A DNA stretch of 64,000 nucleotides from an uncultured Gemmatimonadota bacterium (GTDB lineage: Bacteria > Blakebacterota > Blakebacteria > Blakebacterales > Blakebacteraceae). Under the pieces are notes generated by a model that had not been told where the DNA came from, ran no database searches, and worked only from the letters and a program-made list of their open reading frames with translations. The DNA lies in NCBI GenBank assembly GCA_964576115.1, contig CAZNUA010000002.1, positions 85,789 through 149,788 on the forward strand, written 5' to 3'. Made by a program: the position numbers and the translations under genes. Below, piece by piece: positions 52,358 through 62,037 of the stretch (within the stretch, counting starts at the first letter, position 1; every line of letters begins with the position of its first letter).

Positions 52358-53256
52358 GCCTGCTTGACAAGACTCTCATCACCCTCATGCCGTTGGTTCC
52401 CCAGCCGATTGTGGGCTATTTTTCCCGCCCCTATATCGCCGGGGCGGATCTGGTCGACGGGATCGCGAAAACGCGCCAGCTGATCGAGGAAGGCTGTATC
52501 GCTACGCTCGACGTCCTGGGGGAGGAGGTTGCAAATCGCGCGGAGACGGAATTCTTCACAGAGCAGTACCTGATTGCTCTTGACCGGATCGAGGCCGAAA
52601 AAATCGAGTGCAACATCTCGATCAAGGCGACCGCCATCGGTCTGACCATCGATTCCGAACTCTGTGAAAACAACCTGCGGCGGGTACTGACCCGGGCCCG
52701 CGAACTGAACAACTTCGTCCGGATCGACATGGAAGATTCGAGCGTGACGACGGCCACGCTCGATCTCTACCGGAAACTGCGGGACGAGTTCGACAATACC
52801 GGCATCGTGCTGCAGTCATACATGAAGCGCAGTCTGGACGACATCGCCGAGCTCGTTCGGCTGCAGGTCAATGTCCGGGTCTGCAAGGGAATCTACGTCG
52901 AGCCCCCCGAAATCGCCTACAAGGACCCCCAGCGCATCCGGGACAACTTCATGGAGATGGTCGAGAACCTGTTCGGGGCCGGCTGTTATGTCGGGATCGC
53001 AACCCACGACCGGCAGCTGGTGGAACGCTCGATCGAGCTGGTGCGCCGGCTCGGTCTCGGACCCGAAGACTACGAGTTCCAGATGCTCCTCGGGGTCACT
53101 CCCGCCCTGCGCCGCGAGATCCTCGCCGACGGGCACCGCATGCGCGTCTACGTGCCCTTCGGAGAGCAGTGGTACGCGTACAGCATGCGTCGGCTCAAAG
53201 AGAACCCGGCCGTAGCCGGGCATATCTTCCGGGCCATCTTCAAAACCAAGGCGTAA
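52354..53256 (+). CDS. monofunctional proline dehydrogenase
   Basis: DVLGE, RIDME, RVCKGIY, IATHD, EFQMLLG, YVPFG and RRLKE. Confidence 0.93.
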   Translation: MSLLDKTLITLMPLVPQPIVGYFSRPYIAGADLVDGIAKTRQLIEEGCIATLDVLGEEVANRAETEFFTEQYLIALDRIEAEKIECNISIKATAIGLTIDSELCENNLRRVLTRARELNNFVRIDMEDSSVTTATLDLYRKLRDEFDNTGIVLQSYMKRSLDDIAELVRLQVNVRVCKGIYVEPPEIAYKDPQRIRDNFMEMVENLFGAGCYVGIATHDRQLVERSIELVRRLGLGPEDYEFQMLLGVTPALRREILADGHRMRVYVPFGEQWYAYSMRRLKENPAVAGHIFRAIFKTKA

Positions 53257-53411
53257 CCGGCGCTGCGGCACCTGCCGCCGCAGGGTGAATTTGCGGTAAA
53301 GGAAACCGATCGGAAAACGTCTTACTCTGCAGACAGTGAACGGGTGGTGGAGAAAGGGTGTAGACGAACCGATCGGGAGCGCAACGGGGGTGGAGGAAAT
53401 GATATCCGGAC

Positions 53412-53441
53412 TTGACGCCGGACCCCCCCGATGCCTAGCCT
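53412..53441 (+). promoter_or_regulatory. candidate sigma70 promoter for the TPR gene
   Basis: TTGACG-N18-TAGCCT. Confidence 0.45.
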
Positions 53442-53542
53442 AAAGGGTCGGTTTTCGACCGGTACAAGGATGCAACGAGCGGATCCCGACGGGGATCTCA
53501 ACCAGGCACCCCGATCAGAGTGACATTCGGGAGGAATGCGGT

Positions 53543-54457
53543 ATGAAGCGTACCATTCTCATGGCGTCCGCCCTCGCGCTCCTGTTGCCGGCCGTTGTGA
53601 CGGCACGGGCCCAGGCACAGCAGATCGAGAATCCCGAGGCGGCGCGCAAGTTCAATGAGGGGAAGAATCTCTTCCAGCAGGGACAGTACGACGAAGCCTT
53701 GCAATTGCTGCTCGAATCCGCCGAGCTGGAAGCGGGCAACTATCGGGCGCACTACATGCTCGGCCTCACCTTCTCGAGGCTCCGTCAATACGATGAAGCT
53801 CTGGCGCAGCATGAGGCGGCCGTTCGGTTCAATCCGAATTACTACCTGGTCTACTACGCCATGGGCAACATCTACGGTTCGGTGAAGAACGATCCCGAAA
53901 AGGCGATCGAGAACTACGTTCAGGCCGGGGAGGTCTCCGAGAACGTCGGACAGCCCTACTGGAGGGCTTTCTTCAACCTCGGGACAACGTATTTCGAACT
54001 CGAGCGGTGGGATGAAGCCCTGCAGGCCTACAGCAAGGTCGCCCAGTACCAGCCGGTGAACGAGAATTCCTATGAGATGATGGGTCGCATTTACGTCGAG
54101 AAAGGCGATTACCAGAATGCCATGATGCGGTTCCAGCAGGCTGCCGAGCGCAAGCCGACCTGGTACGAGCCGCACTTCTACATGGCCAATGTCCTGAACC
54201 GGATGGGGAATTACGATCAGGCGATCGACGCAGCCGACCAGGCCCTCGAACTCATGCCGGGCAACGGCGGTGCCCTCTATGAAAAGGGCATGGCCCTGAA
54301 GAGCAAACAGCAGTGGGATGCGGCCGTCGAAGTCATGCGCGAGGCGGCCCGCGATCCCCAGTGGCGGCAGATGGCCGAACATCAGATCGAACTGATTCAG
54401 AACCGGGACGCCTACGTCGACATACCCCCCGACACCACGATCCCGCCGGGATTCTGA
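53543..54457 (+). CDS. exported tetratricopeptide repeat protein
   Basis: Signal peptide (AQA-Q); about 7 TPR-like units; SD GGAGG. Confidence 0.9.
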   Translation: MKRTILMASALALLLPAVVTARAQAQQIENPEAARKFNEGKNLFQQGQYDEALQLLLESAELEAGNYRAHYMLGLTFSRLRQYDEALAQHEAAVRFNPNYYLVYYAMGNIYGSVKNDPEKAIENYVQAGEVSENVGQPYWRAFFNLGTTYFELERWDEALQAYSKVAQYQPVNENSYEMMGRIYVEKGDYQNAMMRFQQAAERKPTWYEPHFYMANVLNRMGNYDQAIDAADQALELMPGNGGALYEKGMALKSKQQWDAAVEVMREAARDPQWRQMAEHQIELIQNRDAYVDIPPDTTIPPGF

Positions 54458-54485
54458 AACCGGGCAGACCACGAAGCAACACAGC

Positions 54486-54512
54486 AAGGGCGGTCGAGAG
54501 ACCGCCCTTTTT
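54486..54512 (+). terminator. intrinsic terminator
   Basis: AAGGGCGGTC-GAGA-GACCGCCCTT then TTT, between convergent genes. Confidence 0.85.
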
Positions 54513-54546
54513 CCAACTACTCCCCGATATCCCGCACTCGTGTGCC

Positions 54547-56205
54547 CTACTCCCGGATGTCCTCCGGACCGGTGATATAAAGCATCGGCTCGGCCTTCAG
54601 GTCGATCGACCGGCCCTGTTCCAGGGCCGACCCGTCTGAGGCGAAAAGAACCCGGACGATCGGCCGGAGCGGGTAGCCCCGGTTGATCTCCTGGACCTTG
54701 CAGACCTCCCCGGTATTGAGACGGACATAGGAGCCGATCGGGAAGACGCTGACCTCATCGATGAAAGCCTTGACCATCTCGCTCGGGAAGAGCTGTCCCC
54801 CCAGGCGGATGAGCTGCTGCAGAACATTGAAGGGGATCATCCGGTCGCGGAAGGGCCGCATGTGAGTCAGGGCTTCATAGGTATCGCATAGACCGATGAT
54901 AACGGCATAGGGATGGATATCGTTGCCGGATATAGCCTCGGGATACCCCGAACCGTCATGGCGTTCGTGCTCCTGGTACACCACATCGGGCAGCCAGGGG
55001 TAGGCACCGGCATAGGTCTGCAGGATCTGTCGCCCGAAGGCGGGATGCTGCTTGATCTGTGAATAGCCGGCCTGGTCGAGCTTGCCCTGGCGGGTGATGA
55101 GCCCTTCCGGGAGCTGGGTCATGCCGATGTCGTGCACGGCTGCGGCCAGGGTGAGTTCGAAGAGCTTGCGCTCGTCGTAGGCGCGCCCCATACCCAACCG
55201 GGCGGCCAGAAGGGTGACGTTGACCATGTGGGTGGCCAGGTAACGGTCGGCGTCATGGAAATCGGGCGTTCGGCTGATGACCTGCAGGCAGATGTCCCGT
55301 GATTCCCGAAGCCGGGCCAGCAGATTCTCGACGATTCCGGTGACCTCCCCGAGGGGGGGATTGGACCGGCTGCGGTGGCCGGAGATGAAGCGGTGAAGCA
55401 CCTCGGCCGTCTGATCGTACAGCTGCTCGCGGGCGGCAACCGCCTGACCTGTTTCCCCGGCCGGGATTGCCGGATCTGCCTGAGTCTCGGTGAGATCGGG
55501 AATGACCGGCCTCTTGATTCCGGCGGGAGGCTCAGAGGGCACCATCTCGGCCAGACGGGCCGCACTGCCGGAAGCGGACTCGGGAACCGGTTCTTCCCGC
55601 CCGGCCGGGGGCTCCGGTTCGGGAGCCGGCGGGGAAGGAGGAGCCTGTGTGGGAGGCGTCTCGCGAACCGGTGGCGGTGGGGGGGGTGAGGGGGGTGCCG
55701 CTTCGGGGAAGAGGGTACCGCCCATGTTGTCCGGCGCACCGGCTTCGCTCTCGACGATCGGGCCGGAGAGAGCACGGACGGCTTCGAGCAGATCTTCCTG
55801 CGAAACCGGCCGGGTGAAGATACGCAGACCGGGGATGCCGGAGAAGAACTCGGCGGTGTCGCGATCGGGAACGATCGCGATCGCCCGGACCGGTCCGGAT
55901 AGCGCCAGCTCGTCGATGAAAGCGCGGGCTCCCTCGAGATCGCCGTCGATGACAGGGATCACCCGACCGGCCGCCCTGATCAGTCCGAGGGCTTCTTCGA
56001 AAGACTGAAAGTGACGCATGCGGAATCCGCGCACCTCGACCGCCCGGCGGACGTCGGTCACGACCTCGGCGCTGGTGGTGACGATGAGGATCTCCGGCAG
56101 GGTTTCTCCAGCCGGTCTCTTCTGTTCCCGGACGGGGCGGCGCCCGTCCTCCGGGCCGATGGCGTTACTCAGCCTGACCATGAGACGTTTCCTCCGCGGA
56201 CGCAT
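54547..56205 (-). CDS. HD-GYP domain protein with N-terminal pseudo-receiver and Pro-rich linker
   Basis: HMVNV, HDIG, EHERHDGSGYP and RPFR. Start uncertain. Confidence 0.88.
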   Translation of the reverse strand: MRPRRKRLMVRLSNAIGPEDGRRPVREQKRPAGETLPEILIVTTSAEVVTDVRRAVEVRGFRMRHFQSFEEALGLIRAAGRVIPVIDGDLEGARAFIDELALSGPVRAIAIVPDRDTAEFFSGIPGLRIFTRPVSQEDLLEAVRALSGPIVESEAGAPDNMGGTLFPEAAPPSPPPPPPVRETPPTQAPPSPPAPEPEPPAGREEPVPESASGSAARLAEMVPSEPPAGIKRPVIPDLTETQADPAIPAGETGQAVAAREQLYDQTAEVLHRFISGHRSRSNPPLGEVTGIVENLLARLRESRDICLQVISRTPDFHDADRYLATHMVNVTLLAARLGMGRAYDERKLFELTLAAAVHDIGMTQLPEGLITRQGKLDQAGYSQIKQHPAFGRQILQTYAGAYPWLPDVVYQEHERHDGSGYPEAISGNDIHPYAVIIGLCDTYEALTHMRPFRDRMIPFNVLQQLIRLGGQLFPSEMVKAFIDEVSVFPIGSYVRLNTGEVCKVQEINRGYPLRPIVRVLFASDGSALEQGRSIDLKAEPMLYITGPEDIRE

Positions 56206-57325
56206 TCCGTCGCTCCATGAAGAGCATGAAACGGCCGATGATGATCAGTATGACCGCGCCCTGGATAAGAGACAGGATTGTCAGCAATCCCGATTCAGTC
56301 TCCAGGGTAATGGCGCTCAGAGCAAGGACTACCGTAATAATACAGAGAAAGAGAACGGTATCGAAACGGTTCAGTCCCAGCTTCAGGAGCCGGTGGTGAA
56401 TGTGATCGCGACCGGTGTATTCGATCCACTCCCGGAAAGTACGTATGCGGCCGTCGGCGATCCGGGTGATGGTGATGAAGGTGGTGTCGAAGATCGGAAC
56501 TCCGAGAACGAGCAGGGGAATGGCGATCTGAACCGCCATCGTATCTGAGGGCGTACCCCACTGGCCGACGATCGCGATCGCGGCCAGGGCAAACCCGAGC
56601 ATCGTGGCTCCGGCGTCGCCGAGAAAGGCCGAGGCGGGCCGGGGACGGAAGTTATAGGGCAGGAAACCGGTGCAGGCTCCCCCCAGAGCGGCACAGAGCA
56701 GCAGGAAGGAATACTGACCTGTGTGGATTCCGATCAGACCGAAAGCCACCGCGGCCGTGATCGTCAAACTGGACGCCAGACCGTCGATCCCATCGAGGAA
56801 GTTGACGGCATTGGCCAGCCCGATCAGCCAGAGAGCGGTGATGATGTATTCCAGAATATCGCCCCACCAGAAATCAGGCAGGAAGGTGATGTGAGTGCCG
56901 AGAGCGATGACGATAGCGGCTGCGGCGACCTGCACGCAGAGTTTGAGCCAGGCCGGCAGTTCGAATTTGTCGTCGAGTACCCCGACAACGAGTAACAGGC
57001 CCAGAGCGTATGTAATGGCCGGCACGGTATCGGACGTGTTGGGGTACACCAGAATCACGACCAGGAAACCCAGATAGACGGCGACGCCTCCGACCAGGGG
57101 TACGGCTCCCCGGTGATGCTTGCGTTCGTCGGGGCGGTCGAGCAGATCGATCCGGTGGGCGAGCCGTCCCAGGATCGGAACCACCGCGGCGGTGACGAGA
57201 GCGCCGAGGGTGAAAGGACCTCCCCACTCGAGCCAGGGGGGCATGGCCAGGCGGGGTTTGAGGTACAGAAAGAGACCGATCCCGATCAGGGCCAGAATGG
57301 TGGCGGTGATCTGACGTCGGTTCAC
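56165..57325 (-). CDS. WecA/TagO-like undecaprenyl-phosphate HexNAc-1-P transferase
   Basis: RKHH..VPLVGG, GVLDD, NAVNFLDGIDGL, FLGDAG and HIHH. Confidence 0.92.
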   Translation of the reverse strand: MNRRQITATILALIGIGLFLYLKPRLAMPPWLEWGGPFTLGALVTAAVVPILGRLAHRIDLLDRPDERKHHRGAVPLVGGVAVYLGFLVVILVYPNTSDTVPAITYALGLLLVVGVLDDKFELPAWLKLCVQVAAAAIVIALGTHITFLPDFWWGDILEYIITALWLIGLANAVNFLDGIDGLASSLTITAAVAFGLIGIHTGQYSFLLLCAALGGACTGFLPYNFRPRPASAFLGDAGATMLGFALAAIAIVGQWGTPSDTMAVQIAIPLLVLGVPIFDTTFITITRIADGRIRTFREWIEYTGRDHIHHRLLKLGLNRFDTVLFLCIITVVLALSAITLETESGLLTILSLIQGAVILIIIGRFMLFMERRNASAEETSHGQAE

Positions 57326-58413
57326 GGCATGATTCCCTGCGTGCGGGCGTCAGCCAGGGTGTCGAGGACCCGCGCCTGTTCGGCTGCAGTCAGGGTCGGG
57401 TAGATCGGCAGGCTCACCAGACGCCGCCAGGCCCGCTCCGCTTCGGGGAGCGGGGCGGCCCCGGTCAGACGGTCGAGGGTGACCGGCACGGGTCGCCGGC
57501 AGTGTACACCGGCTTTTTCACAGAAAGCCAGGAGTTCGTCTACCTCACCACCGGCCCAGCAGAGATAGCGGAAGTACGATGGCCGGCACCCGGGGTCGAT
57601 CGCGATCGGGGTCAGACCGAGGGCGGGGACGGTCTCATCGTAGCGCTGAGCGACAGTGCTCCGGGCCGATGTAAATTCCTCCAGACGTTCGAACTGAACC
57701 CGGGCCAGGGCAGCCTGCAGATCGCTCATCTTGAAATTGAAGCGGCGGGCCGGGGTCGACTTGCCGTCGTAATCGCGCCGGTCGCGTGCGACAGCGAGCA
57801 CCTCGGTGCTGTGAGCCGCCATCAGGCCGCCCTCGCCGGCACAGAGCATCTTGGTGGCATAGAAGGAAAGCACGGCGGCTTCGCCGGTCGAGCCGACCGC
57901 GCGGTCTTTGTACCGGGCGCCCACACTGCCGGCGCAGTCCTCGATGACGATCGGAGCTCTTTTGCACCAGGACCCGGCCTCGAGGGGATAGCCCCAGGGA
58001 TGAACCAGGATAACGGCATCGACTGAACCGGGTTCGAGCGCCTCGGGAGCGGGAGCGAGGCTGCCGGGAGCGCAGTCGAGCAGGACCGGTTCGGCCCCGG
58101 CCCACTGCACCGCATGCAGTACGGCACTGCAGGTGAAAGCAGGAATCGCGACCCGCTTGCCCTCGGTCAGCCCGAGGGCGATCAGGGTCAGGAGCAGGGC
58201 CTGGGAGCCCGACCCGGTCGCCACCGCCCCCGGGGTGCCGAAGTGAGCCGTGGCCAGCTCTTCGAGAGCCGCCACCTGCGGACCGGCACCGGGGTGCCCG
58301 GCGTCCAGCACGGCCAGAAGAGCCTCGCGCTCGCGCTCACCCAGGGTCGGCCGGGAGTGCGGGACGATCTCAGATATTGATGAGGAGACGCTGGCTGACG
58401 AATCCTTCGGCAT
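57322..58413 (-). CDS. DegT/DnrJ/EryC1/StrS PLP-dependent sugar aminotransferase
   Basis: IEDCA, SFYATKMLCAGEGG (PLP Lys), NFKMSDLQAAL and SLPIYP. Confidence 0.92.
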   Translation of the reverse strand: MPKDSSASVSSSISEIVPHSRPTLGEREREALLAVLDAGHPGAGPQVAALEELATAHFGTPGAVATGSGSQALLLTLIALGLTEGKRVAIPAFTCSAVLHAVQWAGAEPVLLDCAPGSLAPAPEALEPGSVDAVILVHPWGYPLEAGSWCKRAPIVIEDCAGSVGARYKDRAVGSTGEAAVLSFYATKMLCAGEGGLMAAHSTEVLAVARDRRDYDGKSTPARRFNFKMSDLQAALARVQFERLEEFTSARSTVAQRYDETVPALGLTPIAIDPGCRPSYFRYLCWAGGEVDELLAFCEKAGVHCRRPVPVTLDRLTGAAPLPEAERAWRRLVSLPIYPTLTAAEQARVLDTLADARTQGIMP

Positions 58414-59005
58414 GCCTCACCCTTGCCTGGATCCCCCGGAAGGTCGCGGCACTCAGGGCCATATCGATGATGCTGGTGGCCTCGATATGGGTTTTGGTGA
58501 TCTGCGAGGCGTGAGCCCGGAGGAGATCCATCTTGTCTTCGAGGACGGAGGAAATGTCGACGTAGACGTGGGGATTGAAGTTCTGCGAAGTCGGCCCCTC
58601 ATAGAACAGGAAATTGGGGATATATCGGGTGGCCGAAAGGGTGCAGGCGGTCAGGTTGCGGTGATCCTGGTGGGTGTCGTCGCGCCAGTGGGTGAAAATG
58701 AAGCGGGGCCGCACCTTGCCGATGATACTTTCGAGTTCGCTGATCAGGTCCTGGCTCAGAGGGATCTGGGTGTCGGTGTATTCGCCCCAGAAGAGATCTG
58801 AGGCCCCGATCAGTTCGGCGCTGCGGGCCATTTCGCGAACCCGTTCGTTCCCGTCTCCGCCATAGGATCCGCGGGTGGCGATGTAGAGGAAGACCCGGTG
58901 TCCGGCCCGGGTGTATTTGAGCAGCGTTCCGCCGCAGCCGTACTCGATGTCGTCGGGATGCGATCCGATGGCCAGGATATCAGTGCCCTTCTCCAGGGGT
59001 TCCAT
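58370..59005 (-). CDS. PIG-L/LmbE family deacetylase
   Basis: HPDDIEYGCGG and DTHQDH motifs; HASQ. Confidence 0.92.
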   Translation of the reverse strand: MEPLEKGTDILAIGSHPDDIEYGCGGTLLKYTRAGHRVFLYIATRGSYGGDGNERVREMARSAELIGASDLFWGEYTDTQIPLSQDLISELESIIGKVRPRFIFTHWRDDTHQDHRNLTACTLSATRYIPNFLFYEGPTSQNFNPHVYVDISSVLEDKMDLLRAHASQITKTHIEATSIIDMALSAATFRGIQARVRHAEGFVSQRLLINI

Positions 59006-59027
59006 GCTCTCGTCCCTCCGCTCCTTC

Positions 59028-59510
59028 CTATCGGCGATTGGCGGTCCGCAAGACGTCGAGCGCGTCCGATCCGCAGTTGCATAGTAGGTCGACCGCCGAC
59101 ATGGCAGGCAGAAAGTCCCCGAACGGCTGATCGTAGACGGGGTGGGTGAAATCGTGCACGATCACCTCGATCCCGGCCTCCTGCCAGCGCTCCATGTCCA
59201 TGTANNNNNNNNNNNNNNNNNNNNNNNNNNNNNNNNNNNNNNNNNNNNNNNNNNNNNNNNNNNNNNNNNNNNNNNNNNNNNNNNNNNNNNNNNNNNNNNN
59301 NNNNACCTCGCTGATGAGCTGGCCGAAGCTGTGCTGCACGGGTACCGTCACCCAGGTCGATCCCCGATCGGTCTTGAAGCGGTTCCGGTTCTGCCACTCC
59401 CCCTTCTTGAACTGTACCGAATCGAGCAGGACGAAGGCATCGGCTCGATCCATCTTGTCGAAGTACCCCGCCCACGGCAGGTACTGCGGCTGGTGGGCGG
59501 TCACGATCAC
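59028..59510 (-). CDS. WbqC family protein interrupted by an assembly gap
   Basis: HQPQYLPW.GYF.K, QNRNR, Y.Q..G.F and SAVDLL; N run at 59205-59304. Confidence 0.88.
   Translation of the reverse strand: MIVTAHQPQYLPWAGYFDKMDRADAFVLLDSVQFKKGEWQNRNRFKTDRGSTWVTVPVQHSFGQLISEXXXXXXXXXXXXXXXXXXXXXXXXXXXXXXXXXXYMDMERWQEAGIEVIVHDFTHPVYDQPFGDFLPAMSAVDLLCNCGSDALDVLRTANRR
59205..59304. other. scaffold gap (100 N, true size unknown)
   Basis: Run of N. Confidence 0.99.
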
Positions 59511-61021
59511 GGCTGCGTTCCTTTGGCGTTCATAGCAGTACCGTAGCGCACAAAGATCGGGTTGGAAATCACGTGGTGTGCCTGCGAGTGGACCAGCAGG
59601 CGGTACCAGGCGGCTGTCTCGCTCTCTTCCGGACCGAAATCGGTGAACTCCAGACTGACGGGGGGCACAAGTTCGCGGTCGATGACGACCTCACCGGAAC
59701 GGATCAGGCGCACCCGGAGCAGAGGCGGTTCGGAACCGGTGAAGGAGACTCCGGCCCGAACTGCAACCGCGCCGGATGTCGACAGAGTGCCGCCCGAACC
59801 CGCCCGCTTCTCACCGGCTGTAGCCTCGAAGGTCTCTAGACGCAGGTGCCCGCCGGGAAGGGCGGCGAGCAGGGCGTAACCCCGCCCCGTTCTGAGAGCC
59901 TCGAGCAGAGCCCCGGGGGTGCGGTCGGGAGCCAGCACGACACTCAGAACACCATCCACCCGCTTGGCGTTTTTCACTTCGATCTGCTCGGGGTAGTGCA
60001 GAGCCAGTTCGCCCCAGCCCCAGACCGGATCGTCCCTGTGTCCGGCCAGATAATCGGCCAGGGCTCGATCCCACTCCCGGCCGGGCTCCCGGGCGGTCGA
60101 GGTAGCCGGGTAGAGCGACCCGAACGCGTCGTAGCCGGTGGTTTCGACCAGAACCTGCGGGTGGGGATCGGTGTGAATCAGACCCCAGGAGTAGGGGTGA
60201 TCGTCGACCGCTTCGATCTGTGTCCACAGAGAAAAACCGCCCCGGGCCCGGACGGAATCGATCAGGGCCTGGTAGGCTTCGGTCGGGGTCGAATCGCGGT
60301 ACACCGGAAAGGGCTGGGGCGGCGGCGGCCCCGAGTGGATGAGCAGGAGTACCGGAACGGCCAGCACCGCGGCCCAGACCCGGTTCCTGTTCCGCAGGGC
60401 GAACAGAGAGAGAAGAAGGAAAATGATGAGCGTCGCCAGCCACGGGACATCGCGGACCGACTCAACAGGCAGGCGGCGCAATCCCGTGACAGGCAGGCGG
60501 GCGTAATCGTCGGCTGAGGGCAGACCGAGGACCAGGATGTTGCGCTGCCAGTCCCACATCGTGAGATTGCCCTTCCAGGGCGCGCCCGTCCAGCGGTAGT
60601 AGGGCGCCACTTCGGCGCCCGCCATCAGGGTGACCTCGGGCACGGCGGCATCGAGTTCGGCTACCCGTCGGAAGTACCGCTGGATTCCGAAGGTGCGTAT
60701 CGAGGTCTCGCGCCGACGGTAATTCCAGATCCGCCTGATGACCGGGGGAGCCCACTGCCAGTCGGTCAGGAGCTGCTCGGTCAGGATGACGGCGTCGATG
60801 TCGCGCGCGGCGGCGGCTTGCTGCAGTCGCACGCCCATCCTGAGGCCGCCCGCCAGATCGGCATGGGAGTGCAGCAGTACCCGCCACTGCCGTTCCTCCG
60901 GCTGACCGGCCTGAGCCCGCACGGGAGCCGAAAAGACGCTGCAAACGACCAGAAGGCCAGTGAAAAGGATGATCGGTGTGCGAGTCGGGGCAGGTGCCGG
61001 AGCGTTTGCCAGGGAAGCCAC
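59507..61021 (-). CDS. PHP-fold-like membrane-associated protein
   Basis: Signal-like segment; LHSH, ILTEQ and GAEV; internal TM hairpin; C-terminal SNPIFV. Start uncertain (61021, 61078 or 61105). Confidence 0.65.
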   Translation of the reverse strand: MASLANAPAPAPTRTPIILFTGLLVVCSVFSAPVRAQAGQPEERQWRVLLHSHADLAGGLRMGVRLQQAAAARDIDAVILTEQLLTDWQWAPPVIRRIWNYRRRETSIRTFGIQRYFRRVAELDAAVPEVTLMAGAEVAPYYRWTGAPWKGNLTMWDWQRNILVLGLPSADDYARLPVTGLRRLPVESVRDVPWLATLIIFLLLSLFALRNRNRVWAAVLAVPVLLLIHSGPPPPQPFPVYRDSTPTEAYQALIDSVRARGGFSLWTQIEAVDDHPYSWGLIHTDPHPQVLVETTGYDAFGSLYPATSTAREPGREWDRALADYLAGHRDDPVWGWGELALHYPEQIEVKNAKRVDGVLSVVLAPDRTPGALLEALRTGRGYALLAALPGGHLRLETFEATAGEKRAGSGGTLSTSGAVAVRAGVSFTGSEPPLLRVRLIRSGEVVIDRELVPPVSLEFTDFGPEESETAAWYRLLVHSQAHHVISNPIFVRYGTAMNAKGTQP

Positions 61022-61028
61022 CGGAGTA

Positions 61029-61835
61029 TTAATACTCCCCCTCCAGGGTGCGGGATACGTCGTAGATGACCATTTCATCGACGGATTCGACTTTACGGGA
61101 AGCACCGAGGAGCAGGGCCAGGTTGCATATGTTGTTGATGCGCCGGGGGATACCGCCGCTCAGATCGTGAATCAGTTCGAAAGCGCGCGGGGTGAAGACA
61201 TCGTTCGAACTCCCGGCCGTACGGACCCGGTGCAGCACGTAATCGGCGGTATCGGTCTCGCTGAAAGGGCCGAGGTGAGCCCGCATCGCCAGGCGCTGGG
61301 CCAGGGGCTTGTTAATATCTACTTTCAGACCGAGTTCGGGCTGACCGACCAGGAAGAGGTTGACCAGCGTCTTGCCTTCATACTGGTAGTTGAGCAGCAT
61401 CCGGATTTCTTCGAAGGTCTCCTTGCGCTCGATGATATGTGCCTCGTCGATGATCAGGATGGTGTACTTGCCGTCGCGGTGGTTGTTGGTCAGGGCGTCC
61501 TCCAGGGTCTGGACGACGTCGGCTTTGTGGGTCGGAACGGTGGTCAGACCCATTTTGATCAGAATCATGCGCAGCAGTTCGAGATCGTCGAGCTGGGGAT
61601 GAGAAACGAGAACGAAGCGGAAATTGGCGTTGTCGAGACGTGTTTTCAGAAGATTGATGACCAGGGTTTTGCCGCACCCGAAAACACCGGTCAGCAAGGC
61701 CGCTCCCATGTCGTTCTGCACGCAGAAGAGCATCCGGCTGAGGGTTTCCTCGTGCTGGGGGGAATGGTAATAGAAATCGGGATCGGGGGTATTCTTGAAG
61801 GGCATCCGATCCATGCCCCAGTGTTCCAGGTACAT
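61029..61835 (-). CDS. stand-alone ExeA-family AAA+ ATPase
   Basis: MYLEHWG...PF..TPDP.F.Y, GVFGCGKT, IIDEAH, GQPEL and SGGIPRRIN. Confidence 0.92.
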   Translation of the reverse strand: MYLEHWGMDRMPFKNTPDPDFYYHSPQHEETLSRMLFCVQNDMGAALLTGVFGCGKTLVINLLKTRLDNANFRFVLVSHPQLDDLELLRMILIKMGLTTVPTHKADVVQTLEDALTNNHRDGKYTILIIDEAHIIERKETFEEIRMLLNYQYEGKTLVNLFLVGQPELGLKVDINKPLAQRLAMRAHLGPFSETDTADYVLHRVRTAGSSNDVFTPRAFELIHDLSGGIPRRINNICNLALLLGASRKVESVDEMVIYDVSRTLEGEY

Positions 61836-62037
61836 CGGGCTGGTCCCTTTCTGGATGTCTGTCCCGGCAGAGGTCCGGCGATAGTCGCCCGGTTTCGTGA
61901 ATAGTAAGGGAAGAGACCGTACCGATGCCAGCGTCTTGTGGTCGGGGATGAAGGTAAAGCGGGCTGGCCAATGCCTGCTTGTGGCCGCTTCGACCCCCGC
62001 GTATGCTGCTCGGGTAACGGGATTCGGGGAGCAATCC

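Noticed and set aside
59205-59304. Apparently short or broken wbqC
   Set aside because: Caused by a 100-N scaffold gap, so it is not evidence of a pseudogene.
61875-61892. GGCGATAGTCGCC hairpin as an ops/JUMPstart element
   Set aside because: Does not match GGCGGTAGnnTG; a short GC hairpin is unremarkable here.
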